From: Lama glama
Lineage: Eukaryota
Length of the DNA stretch: 64,000 nt
Direction of reading: 5' to 3'
NCBI GenBank assembly: GCA_028534125.1
Contig: CM052832.1
Location: 21,144,001-21,208,000, forward strand
Part shown: positions 40,490-52,400 of the stretch, in pieces
Position numbering within the stretch: the stretch's first letter is position 1
Layout: every line of letters begins with the position of its first letter
Position numbers and translations under genes: made by a program
The notes under the pieces: generated by a model
The model's input: only the letters and a program-made list of their open reading frames with translations
Told to the model about the DNA's origin: nothing
Database searches by the model: none

Positions 40490-42289
40490 GCTCTCATTCT
40501 TCACTGATCCACCATTTGGAGCTAGCATCCTGGATGTGCTAATACTGTGAGATTTTTCCAGAGGAAGGATGCAGACAGGAAGGGACAGCCCTCCAGAAAG
40601 TCAACTTGAGGTGAGGGCTAACTAGAATGAAAGGTGGAAACATGGGGTCACCGCACAAAGTGAGAGCCAGGAACTGCCCAGCTTTGTCTGCTCTGAGTTT
40701 GGGGATAACCTCTTTCTTCTGCATCTTACTTGCATCCCAATGAAAGGATTGAAAGGGGCTCAGTTGTGCACTCTAATAACCCAGCCTGCTCACGGTAATA
40801 CCTAAGGGTTCACCCTTCAATCCAAACAGGAGCCATGAAGACGTAAGTCCTGGCTAAAATGAGCCTTCGGGACACAAAATGAGGGCCATAAAAAGTGTGG
40901 GCAACAGAACTTCTGGTGTGGAGTGTCGAGGGAGGTTCAAGATCTCTTCTTCCTTCCACTGTTGAAAAACCCCTGCTTTTCAGGAAGTCTCCCAATGAAA
41001 GACACCCACAACCCCTGAGCAGGCTTTTCCTCCACCTGCAACCCAAAGCTTTACGTTTGTTTTCCTGTCCCTAGAGCTTCCTTATGCCATTAACTGTGTA
41101 AATGTGTACAGGAGAGAATTTAACCACCCACTAGATTCTCTAATTGTTTAATATATTCTGCAGGGTCTAATCCATCACATCCTTAAAGCCGTTGGTCCAT
41201 TTATCTTTGCATTTTGAAAATCTGAACATGAGGCCAGCATATACTTATGCTCTTTAATGGTGAAATTTAAACACGAATACAATAAAATATAGAAATTGTA
41301 TACCAATCTCCCCCAAAAGAGACTCCCATACCATGGAAAGGCCAACATCAAACAGGGCACCTACCCAGACCCACGAGAAAGGAAGCAAAGCACCTCCCGC
41401 TGGGCCCAGTTTTGCTCTAGACTTTTAGAGATGTCCCTTCCCCCCACGAGGGCTATACGATCCAGAAGGCTAGTAAGGCCAGTCCCAGGGACAAGGGAAA
41501 GAAGGATGGACGAGGTAGCTTAGGTCCACCTCCGGCCTAGGCCCCAAGAAGGGGCCCCAGGGCCTCATCACAGTCCAGAACAGCTGCTTACCGCAGCAGA
41601 CAACCCAAGCATAGGAGCTAGGGCTTTGGATAAAGATTATGTCACCGCACAGAGTCCCTTTTCACATATGTATGGAGAGAGAGAGACCAGAGGCCAAGGA
41701 CAAAGCAAGGTGAAGTCACAGGGAGGTCCTCTACTCAGGGTTTTCGATTCAGGAATTGTAAGCCTGCCCACAGCTCTTCCTTGGACATCCTCCTTGAAGA
41801 AGAAATGAAACGAAAAGATTCAAAATCCATTTTTCTTTGGCTACAGAAAGAGGATTCTATGAACACTGTTATGTATCACCTTTGATACATCATTTGCAAA
41901 ATCCAGAACATTGCAAATAATATTCATTATTTATATAGTCCATTAAAAATAAGGTATAAAAATGCATTACAAATGATGACACCATCCCATTAAAATCTGA
42001 CAAGTAAAACTGTTGAACATCGACTAATTTCACCAGCTTGCCAGCTTCTCACCTGCTACTTGCAACACAATCTCTCAGGGATTTAAAAACACCAGCAGAG
42101 CGGACCGTCCTCTTTTTAAGCCTGATTAAATGTTTGGGTCTCAAAAGATATTTGCAGAACTTGCAGGATAAGAGCAAATCATATCAACATAAAAGTAGAA
42201 AAATTATCAGGTTCAGCAGAGCCTCTCAAAGGGATATTCTTTCTTGTCTCTATTTACACGGCTGGCCCCAAATTAACAGATTTGTGATA

Positions 42290-42440
42290 TTCCATTTGCC
42301 AGTTTGGTTACTTGGGCCAGATACTTCTAAGAACCCCAATTTCTTCACCTGGAAAATGAGACTGTCACTAACATCTACTACCTTGGGATTGAAGTGGGAC
42401 TCAAATAAGAGGATGTGAAAGATATTGCTGCACAAATGTC
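42290..42440 (+). mobile_element. MIR SINE
   Basis: cttgggccagatactt...aatttcttcacctggaaaatgag...gggattgaagtggg. Confidence 0.55.
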
Positions 42441-43739
42441 TGAGGTTTCTATAATGGTTATTACTTCTCTGAAAAATAGAGTACTGAACTATGAATTTTT
42501 AGATGTATGCTTTATACCCACTCAGACCAATAATTAAGAAACTTAAATTTCCCTTCTTGGCTTTCTCCATCTCTAGAATGAAATTACTCCTTATAAGAGA
42601 ATTACTGGTTTTGTTTGGATTTTTTAAAGTCACTGTATAATTCGAATTGTTAGTATTAAAGCTACAGTACAAAAGTTGAGGTATCATAGTCTACAGAGGT
42701 ACCTATTCTAAGATTTGGAGAAAGGGATGAAAAGAATTTTAAGAGCAGGAGTGTCACAGAAATCAATTTCAAACATACTTTCCCCCACAATTACCTATAG
42801 TTGCCGAAATTATTAGAATTACTTATTGATGCATTCTAATTACCAAATTTTCTGCATCAGATGTTCTGGGACTTTCAAGTACGAATCACTTGAAACTCTA
42901 TCATTCGACTGGCCCATGTATTCTGGATTTTGTCCCACAGAGTAGCATCAATTTCCTACACATAAAGCAGGTTTTTATCTGTCCAATGTATGACATAACC
43001 TCCCAATAAACGATACATTTAAAAGAGTTAACAAAACTATAGGACTATGAAAGTGTAGTCTTGTGTGGGGTGTTTTTTTTTTCTATCCAAGTTCAAATAA
43101 TTTTTTTCAAGTTGCCACCAAATTGTCCAACACTTAACACAGTCTAAGTATCTTCCTGTATCTTAAGGATAAAGACAGGATTTGTTGGCTGTTAGCTTAC
43201 CCTTAACCAAGATTATTAAAAAAAAAAAAAAAAAAAAAACTAGGATGCCAAAAAAGTTACATGTGCTTCAGAGGAAAGGAATGCATCCGCCCGCAGGGTC
43301 AGCCGCCAAGGCTACACTCGTTCTGCTATTAGTTTGGGCAGGTTAATGTCCACAAATTCTCCACATGATAAACAGAGAATAACCTGAATTCCAACAGAAT
43401 GGACTATTTCTGTTTGAGTTTGTGGCTACTGTTTAAATGGTAATTGTCATATAAACACAGCAGTTGGCCCTACTTTGTATGTTTACATCAGTAATACATC
43501 CTCAGCCTGACACACGAGGTTACCTCGGTACCAGCCATCCCCCTTCAATTTTGTTCTGACACTGTGCACTGATACACATCAGGGGCCCCCTCACAGGCCC
43601 TGGGTGCTGGTTGATCAGTCTGAACTTCTCAGAGCAAACACATTCCCCTTGTTAATGACTAGTTTTCACCAAGGCCTTCTTTAGTTACCCTGGGAACGCT
43701 TCTCAAGGACTTTGAAAGTTTTTCTCCTTCCTTAAAAGA

Positions 43740-44310
43740 TATAAAGGATCGAGATATGGAGAGCCTGGAATCCTCCTACATTACCAGTGGAACCCTCAAA
43801 CCTGCCAAGTGCTGTCACCACTTTGGAAAACAGTTTGGCAGTTTCACAAAAAGTGTAATACAAATTTACCAAGCAATACAGCAATTCAACTCCTACACAT
43901 CTACCCAAAAGAAATGAAAACAGGTGTCCACACAAAAACTTATGCATGAATGTTCCTAGCAGCATTATTCACGATAGCTAAAAAATGGAAACAACCCACA
44001 GGCCCTGCATCTGATGGACAGAAATATGCAGTCTAACCATACAATAAAACATAGAAAAAAAATAAAGTACTGATACATGCTACAATACGGAGGAACTTCA
44101 GAAACTTTAGGGTAAGCAAAAGAAGCCACACAAAAAGACTACTATTGTATAATTCCATTTATGAAATTTTCCAGAAAAGGCAAACTTTTACATTACTGGT
44201 TGCCTAAGATCAGGAGGTGAGAACAGAAACTGACTGCAAATGGGCACAGGGGTGATAAAAATTCTAAAAAAGGTGCACATGGTTGCACAACTCTGTACAT
44301 ATACCAAAAA
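43740..44310 (+). mobile_element. Old L1 (L1MB/ME-like) 3' region
   Basis: ccactttggaaaacagtttggcagtttc, aatgttcctagcagcattattc, gtataattccatttatgaaat. Confidence 0.85.
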
Positions 44311-44359
44311 AGCCCACACCATATGTATATGGATTCAGTTCCTACTATCTTGGGTTCCC

Positions 44360-44590
44360 AAGTGGGACCATGATGGCTGAAGCTGCAGTAGCTCTCGGGA
44401 CCAGAAGAAGAAAGCCAGGTAACCAGGAACCACGTGTGACACTGCTGAGCCGCCAAGTCTTGAAATAGCCCTTAATCAAATTTATTTAAGGTGAAACCAA
44501 AACATAAAGTAAAATAAAAAGTCTTCCCTTTTTAAGCTACTGTTAGTTAAGCATTTCTTATTTGAAGCCAAAAGCATCCTGATTGATATA
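44360..44590 (+). mobile_element. Old MaLR LTR fragment (MLT1K/L-like)
   Basis: 3' end ttttaagctactgttagtt...gaagccaaaagcatcctgattgatata. Confidence 0.5.
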
Positions 44591-44684
44591 GACTAAAAAT
44601 ATAGTCACCAGACCTTCTTTAGCAGTATATGATTCACAATATACATTTAATTTTGAAGGAAGAATAAAATTTTGAAAATATACA

Positions 44685-45028
44685 TGCTACAGACTGGATG
44701 TTTGTATCCCCCCAAAATTCATATGCTGAAACCTAAAAATATCAACATTACAGTATTTGGACGTGGAGTGCTTACGTCATGAGAGTGCAGCCCTCATGAA
44801 CGGGGTAAGTGTCCTTATAAAAGTTCCCAGAGAGCTCCCCTGCCCCTTCCACCATGTGAGGACCCAGCAAGAAGACAGCACCCATGACCCAGGAAGCCAG
44901 CCCCCACCAGACACAGCACCTTGGTCTCGGACTGCTCAGCCTCCAGAACTGAGAAATAAACTTCTGTCGTATATAAGCCACCCAGTCTACGGGACTTAGT
45001 TACAGCAGTTACCAAACTGACTAAGGCA
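44685..45028 (+). mobile_element. MaLR solo LTR (MLT1A0-like)
   Basis: TG...CA ends; cagcctccagaactgagaaataaa; TSD ataca/atgca. Confidence 0.88.
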
Positions 45029-45789
45029 ATGCATTTGTGGTGATGTATATACGTTCAGGCATTTCTAACTAGGTTGCGTATAACCACCTTATATGACGTG
45101 AGATACATTTAAGATGGCACCTGGCAGCTATTCTATTAAAACCATATTTCAATCCAAGCTTGAATTAGTACTTGATATATTCCAGCCTATCTCTCATCCA
45201 CCCTCTTTCATGTTCAGCATGAATCGAATGCCTTCAGCATCCCAAATACATTCCAGTTATCGTCCCATGTTTCACACCTCCATATTTTTTGCACATCATA
45301 TTTTCCAAGCCTAGAATTTTCTTCCCTTTGACTACATGTTAAAATGCCATGCATCTTTTAAATCCCAACTTGGGAAAGTCTTCTCTGACCCCAAAAGATA
45401 ATCACTCCCTGCCCTGATTTAATTATATATCTTGTACACACTGCTATTACCATCTTTGTCACATTGTACTGGCTTTTGCTTTTATCATTTATATCTCCCC
45501 TGTTATGAATGGCAAAGGGTGTGAAGTTTAGAAAAACCAGCTCTATCTTACATTTGGGTGACTTAGGACAAATTACTTCACTTCTGTGTCTCAATTTCTT
45601 TTTCTGTAATATAAACATAGATATTATCATCCCATCTCTCTTAAGCTACTATGAGACTTTAACATGGGAAAGCATTTTATCAATTATAAAGTATTGACAA
45701 ATTTTAGTTAGACTAGATATGATTTTTTAAAGATATGAAATGGACCACACCAGTTAGGAAGAAGATGTGATCTTTCACCATTTACCAAA

Positions 45790-47030
45790 ACAGCTCTAGC
45801 CAGGACTACCCAGGAGCACTGACCTCCCAAATGCCTAACCCCAGAGGTCTATTTCCGATTGTCATCTTGCTTAGTCTATCAGCAGATGATCTTGCCTTCT
45901 TCCTGGAAACACTTTCTTCACTGGGCTTCAACCTTAGTGGCAGCCCCTTCTCATCTTCTTCTCTTGTCTTTGTGGAGGGCCCCAATGCTCAGTATCTAGA
46001 CCTCCTTCTTTTCCATACCTACTCTCTTGATGATCTCATCCAGTCTCATGGCTTTAAATAGCATTTAATTTCTTCCAACTCACTAATTTGTATCTGGACA
46101 CTTCTTCCCTGAAAACCAGACTTGTGTATCAAATTGCCTAGATGCTTTAAAAGTATCTTCATCTGAATGTTCACAAACTGAGCTCCTATAGTCTCCCCCT
46201 CCCCCAAGCCTACATTTCATCTCAGTTAATGGACATTGGGTCCATGCAGGTGCTCAGGTCAAAAAAAAAATCTCAGAATCATAGTTAACTCCCCTCTTTC
46301 TCTCATACTTCTTATCCAATCCACCAGAAAAGCCTCCCACCAACCTATCTTCAGAATTCAATCCCTTCTCTCTACATCCAGGCTAATTTTACCCTCATGC
46401 AGGTTGCCACCATCTCTCACTTGATACCCAAAATAGCTTCTTAAATGGTCTCCCTGTTTCTGCTCTTGCCCATCTTTGATCTGGTCTCAACTCACCAGCC
46501 AGAGTCCTTCTGTTACAACATTACTTCTATCAGGTCAGTCATTGTTTGAACCCCTTCAATGGCACTCCATCTCCCTCAGTGTGAAATCACAATGGTCTTT
46601 AAGGATCCATGTGATCTGCTCACCATGCTCCTGTTTCCTCTCTGATCTCATCTCCTACCACCATCCCCTCTGTGCACACCACTCCAGCCACCACACCCTC
46701 CTTGCTTTCCGACATCTGCCATGCCTCTGCCTGAATGCTTTTCTACCTGATACCATGGAGCTCATTTCTTCACTCCCTTCGTACCATTCCTCAAATGTCC
46801 CCTTCTCCATGAGGTCAGTCCTGGCCATCCCACTGAAAATTGTAACTCCTTTTCCTGGCTTATTTTTCTCAATAGTAGTTGTCACTTTTCAATATATATT
46901 TTTCTGTCGCTTGTAAAAGCTCCAAGAGTACAAGGATTTTTATTTCTTTTGTATCCAGAGTTTAGAGCAATGCCTGACACACAAAAGCCACATGACTTTT
47001 AAAAGAATGAATGCGGAAAGAATGAATCAA
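45790..47030 (+). mobile_element. L2 (L2a-like) ~1.2 kb
   Basis: tgatctcatccagtctcatggctttaaata, cccctctttctctcatac, tail gcaatgcctgacac...gaatgaat. Confidence 0.85.
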
Positions 47031-48519
47031 CAAAGTAGACTTCACAGATTCATGATAAATACATTTCTAAACACCTGTATCTTCAACAATAATAGGTAGA
47101 AATACCATTAAAGTTCTTAGAAATGACCGACACTTTAAAATCAGCAAATTTGAGGCCATAAAGAAGAAATCAAAGTAAATTTGGGAACACTTAATGTTCC
47201 TAAAGAAACTTATAGCAAATAAGCAGAAATGGTACTCAAAGTATAAGAAAACATCTGGTTAATCACCTCTATACTTATTATGAAGTTCCAAGTTAAATAA
47301 ATGATATTTATTTCCTTACAAGATGCTTATTATGTATTGTAGTTATCATTTTAGAAGGCACAGATGAAAGTTTAGATTTTCTTCCCATGTAAGTTTCTTG
47401 TGAATACCTTGGCAGATGGTTCTGGTTTCAATAATTCAAAGTAATCCATGTCAACGAAAATTTTAAATAACCAAGGCTATAAAATTTGATACATGTAGAA
47501 AAATTATTAAGTATATTTGGTTATAATTTAACAATCAACATCATATAGAAAAACTTCAAGGAATTTATCGTTTTAAACACTATAATTACAAATTACCATA
47601 TTAGTAGTTGCTATCCTAAAGATACATAACTGGCTGATTAAAATAAATGTTGTCCACAAACAAAGTTTGAATACATCAGGAAAAAAAAAACTTTTCCCAT
47701 TTTAATATTGATTTATCGCATATTTTTCTTTTCAATGCTATCACTTCTAGGCAACTATCTGCTGGTAAATTACAAATGAGAAGGAGCAATACTTCAAATT
47801 CTCATCAGAAACTTCCTAAGGGCAAATGAATATCATCTTCCTCAAACTAATCATCACTCACAGATGACAATGTATTTTACTAAATTACAGGTCTAGAAAA
47901 TGAAAATCCAAGACTTTAAACTTCATTTCACAATGATACGCTATTCTTCTAAGTGCTGTTTATACTGTGAGGTTTTTTTTATTTAAATAAAGACCATTCT
48001 CTAAAAAATAATATCAGAAAATGTGTTCCAGTTCTTGATTGATTTCCTCATCAAGAAATCACTGAACCATCACTTTATATCATAGGGAAAAGTGAATGAA
48101 CAAAACTTTTAAAACTATATCTAAGTCTACTCATAATTGACAACACTGAAAATATAGAGTATTTGTATCAGTCGATTCTAGAAACTTGCACTTATCTCAG
48201 TTTACAGAAATTTCTGTAAAGAAAAGGTCAGACCACACATTACAAGAGGAAACCATGACCTTTGCCAACAGGCTGACCCGTAGCAATATTTAGTAAGTGT
48301 TTGTTGAAGTGAATTAATTCACAGTTCACTGGATAAAAGAGTTTAATAGAACATATTTTGGTAGAAAAAAAAATATCCAAACATGTGAAAAATTCAATCC
48401 AAACTGACTTTGAATACGTCAGTGAATACTTTTGGTTAACGTGGCTTGAAACTTTCAATGCAGTCAACAAAGAAAGTTGGAATTATCAAAACATCACTGA
48501 TTCATTGTGAAAGGTAATA

Positions 48520-48790
48520 GTAGCTTTTATTATATTTCAACATATTTACAAATGCTGAGCCATCTGCTAAGTTTTTCCTTATATATATGGTTTTTAAAAA
48601 TATATTCCCCACACCAACCCCATGGGATACGTGTGATGACTCCCTATTTACAAATGAGAAAAGTGAGACCCCAGGAAGTCAAGAAACCTGGCCAAGGTTA
48701 TCACGATGAGGAGTCACCTGAACTGGGATTTAAAACTGGGATGAAACTCTGTTTCATTCCAAAGTCTGTTTCTAAACCTCTGAGCCCAAC
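48520..48790 (-). mobile_element. MIR SINE
   Basis: cctatttacaaatgagaaaagtgagacccaggaagtcaagaaacctggccaaggt...ctgggatttaaa. Confidence 0.7.
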
Positions 48791-50229
48791 TCTGGGTAGC
48801 CCTTAGAACAGATTCAAACATATTCATGTCAGACATTTGTAGGTAAAATGTTTGTTGGGAAATAATACTGTACTCTACACCCCCCAAAAAATACTCCAGC
48901 AGATAAACTTTTGTTGAAAACATTTCAGGAAATCTGACATTTACATACAACACACTTTGCTGAAAGTATACTACACAGGAATTTTAAAGCCTGTTCCCTG
49001 AACGAATATTCCCTGAGCTAAGCAGTCATGCAAAATAATCATTATTCATACACACAAAGTTTTCCATGTCTGTAACTCTATTATTCAATAATTTAAAAAT
49101 GAACTTTTCAAGAGAGGATGCTCCTTAGTTATAACAGCAATAAAAAAAAATCACAAAATCCTAAAGCTAAAAATTTCTTCAAGTTTCTTTAACCTAACCC
49201 TTTACTTTATAGATGATAAATATACTAACCAGGAAGGTTAAGTAGCTTGTCCAAGTTTCCACAACTAGAAAGAAGCAAATCATGATAGTTTGCACATATA
49301 GCAGGATAAAAATATTTCCAATTCCCAACTGTCTTTTTTGAGCACACCTTAACACTTCTCAATTACAGTAATATATCAATGATAGTCTTCAACTGTAACA
49401 TTTAAAACTACTTGAACTTGAGTCATTTTGAGGACCAAATCCCACAACTTAAATCATTTCAAAGCAACCTGTTCTAAACGAAGAAAACTCTCACTTTCCA
49501 TGACAAACAATTGCTAACCAAGGGAAGTAAATACTGTATCAAAATACTTTCTAAATTACCAGGTATTTATGTGAACTTTTAACTGCTCTCTCACAGAGAT
49601 GATCAACAATGAATTGTAAGATGTAAAAGAAGGAATATATGACTCTTAATGACCACTATAAACACTCCATGTATACCATAAAGACTAAACAAATGTGCAG
49701 CCTCTTCTGTTATCATATAGTGAAGTTTTCATTCTCATAGAACTTATTGTACTTTATATTGACTCCCAGCTATAAGGAATTCATTTCTCTCTGGCCACTT
49801 TTGGATTCTGTTTACCAAAATGAAATGTCAAAAGTGAAAAATCTAATGAAAACCACAAAAGTTCTGCTAATATAGAAACATTCACTGTGATATTTAAAAA
49901 CAAAATCAATCATAAATAAAATAGGACATTTGCTTAGCCAACCCGTTATTGTTACATAACTTTCCTTAGTGACCATATAAATCTACATTCATTATATGGG
50001 ATAATGTTGAAGAAGACACTGTAAAATTAATAAAAATTTCCTTAGACGTACCCACACATTATCATTCCACATGAAAATGAACATACAAAAACCAGTTCAA
50101 AACAAGGAAATCCAAAGTCATAAATCACTTTGATCAGGCAACAGCTCAAACTAACTGGACAATTCTCTGATGGCATAAGTACCAGCCACAAAAAAGAAGT
50201 GCTTGTAGAGTATTTAAAAAGCAACATAC

Positions 50230-50481
50230 CTTCTCAAGGTGGTGAATGCCCAGTGATCAAATTGCAGTAATCCATATAAGGAAGGCATCATCAAAAATCC
50301 CAACATTTTAACTTTTAAGTAACTCCAAAGGAAGAAGTTTGACAACTTTTGATCCAGAAATGACTTGTCTTATTGGTGCTTCCATAATGTACACTGATAG
50401 AAAGATCCAGTAAGAACAATGCAGAATGGAGGAGGTCAATCACTCATGATGCTTCCTAGATGTTGACAATAGTCATCACAC
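50230..50481 (-). ncRNA. LINC01140: Exon 2 (252 bp)
   Basis: Branch-point-like CTAAC (50505-50509), acceptor ttgtatag|GTG at 50482/50481, donor GAAG|GTATGT at 50230/50229; unique non-repeat sequence. Confidence 0.75.
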
Positions 50482-52129
50482 CTATACAATTGAAATTAAT
50501 TAATGTTAGCTTCCATGTCATTTGACAAACTCAGTTGTTTTTTTTTAGGTAACCATCGCATTAATATATTTCTTCCTTTGACATGAAAACTCAAAACTAC
50601 ATAGAGTTCTGGCAGTTGAATCATTTCTGGCTGTAAGTTCTAAATAACGGATACTACTATACAAAATCATAACTTGAAAAAGTTCAAGTAGACTGTATCT
50701 GGCTGTACCATTTGATGTTTCATCTGTCCTGTCAAACTCTAAAGGCGGGGGAGAAAGGCAAAAGGTATGAGGAAAGCTTCTAGCTCGGGAATGGGCATAG
50801 GAGAGGACAGTGGTGATAAATTACCTTGGTATTTAAACCGATCCCACAAAACATACCTGAAGATAACGACCTAAATTAGCATCATTTAATTGAAGAACCC
50901 TGTTCCACACCTTCCTAATTAAACATAGCTAGAACATACTACGTCTTCCTACTTTCAACAAACTCCCAGCTTCTGTCCCTAAATGTCTTTCTGTGAACCA
51001 AGTGTCTGGGCGGATAAACAACTTTTGTGATAAAGTAGAAAAGCGCACAATGAAATTTCCTATCAAGTGGCGATGTTTACTTGTGTTCGCCTCGTCTGAG
51101 CAAGAACCAACCTAGAAACACTGCAAAGCGAAGCTACTTGGGAAACAAAGTTAGGGAGTCTTCCTTTTGCCTATAAACACGGAGGGAATTGCGCTGCCTC
51201 TCCACCCCGCAGAAGCAGCAACAGCCATCCCTCTTTTGTGCGGGCGTGGCAGACAGAAACAAAAGGTTAAAACACAAAAGGCGGGGCGGACTGCTAGGTC
51301 TGAGGAGCTTCTGGCGCCCTCGTTCCCCTTTTTACTCAAACACGTTTAAATGGGGCTGGGGTCGTGGGGCGCGTAAAGTGAGAGACTTGATGATGGATCT
51401 TCATGACCCAGGTTATTCTGGGTGGGTCGTGAAACTTAAAGGGGCAGACGGGATGGCCCACTCTTAACTAGCGGTCCAGGACCCATCCCTCCATCCCTGC
51501 ATCTCTGACAGTCGGGAACCTGTGGCTTCTTCCTCCACCCTACCCCAGCCCCAAAGAAAACTTTCTGAACTCTTACCTGTTTGCTCCAACCCCCTGGACC
51601 ACAAACACTAGAGTCCAGTGCCCCACCACTCAAACCTCTTCTGCATTCTATTGTTACAGCTTTGGGTAGCGTGCCTTGGATCAGCACAGCGCTCCGCAGA
51701 CAGTTAAGTTATAAAATGGTGAGGAGATGACCCCCACCTCCAAATCTCTGTCTTCTGCAAGAGCAAAGTCAGGGCCGGGGTCGGGGTGAGACCGGGCATG
51801 TCCCCATCCATTTCAGCACGCTTCCCTCCAGTCTGCACGCAGCTGGGAGAAAGCGAGGCGATGCCCTCTTGAGACACCCTTCCCCCATCCCCCCAGCTCC
51901 TCATAGAAGAGGCACTTGAGAGAAATGCCCGCCTGGCTTTTGCCTATTAGAAATAAACAAATAAAACAATCTGCGCGAGTTCGTTAAAGAACAAAAGAGA
52001 AGGCAATGGGGGAAAGGAGGTACAACTTGGCCAAACTTCGCCACTGGACTGCTCCTCTGTTTTCCGAAGGGCGGGGAGCCGTGCGAGTTCAGGGGGAGAG
52101 AGGTAAACAAGAAAACAATCCCCACTCAC

Positions 52130-52400
52130 CTTCTTCCCCACTTCATCGCACTTTTAAGAGACGTTTCCCTCGTTGTGGTCCGCGAGGCTCTCGGACACTT
52201 AGTGTGGCCTGACAGCGGAGAAAGTCGTCGCAGCAAAGTTGCGAGAGGGAGATACCCGGGCGTCCGGGGGAGTGGGGAGGAGAGAGTTTATCAGAGTTCC
52301 CCCTTTTGTTCCAAGTCCCGGAGCAGACAAAGAGGCGGCGAGCGGCGGCAGGTTTCTCCCTCTCACCCCTTCTTCCTCTCTCCCTCCCCTCCCTCCCCAC
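52130..52400 (-). ncRNA. LINC01140: Alternative first exon 1b (5' boundary approximate)
   Basis: Minus-strand donor GAAG|GTGAGT at 52130/52129; CpG-rich exon body downstream of a G-rich tract; resembles recalled human LINC01140 first exon. Confidence 0.7.
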
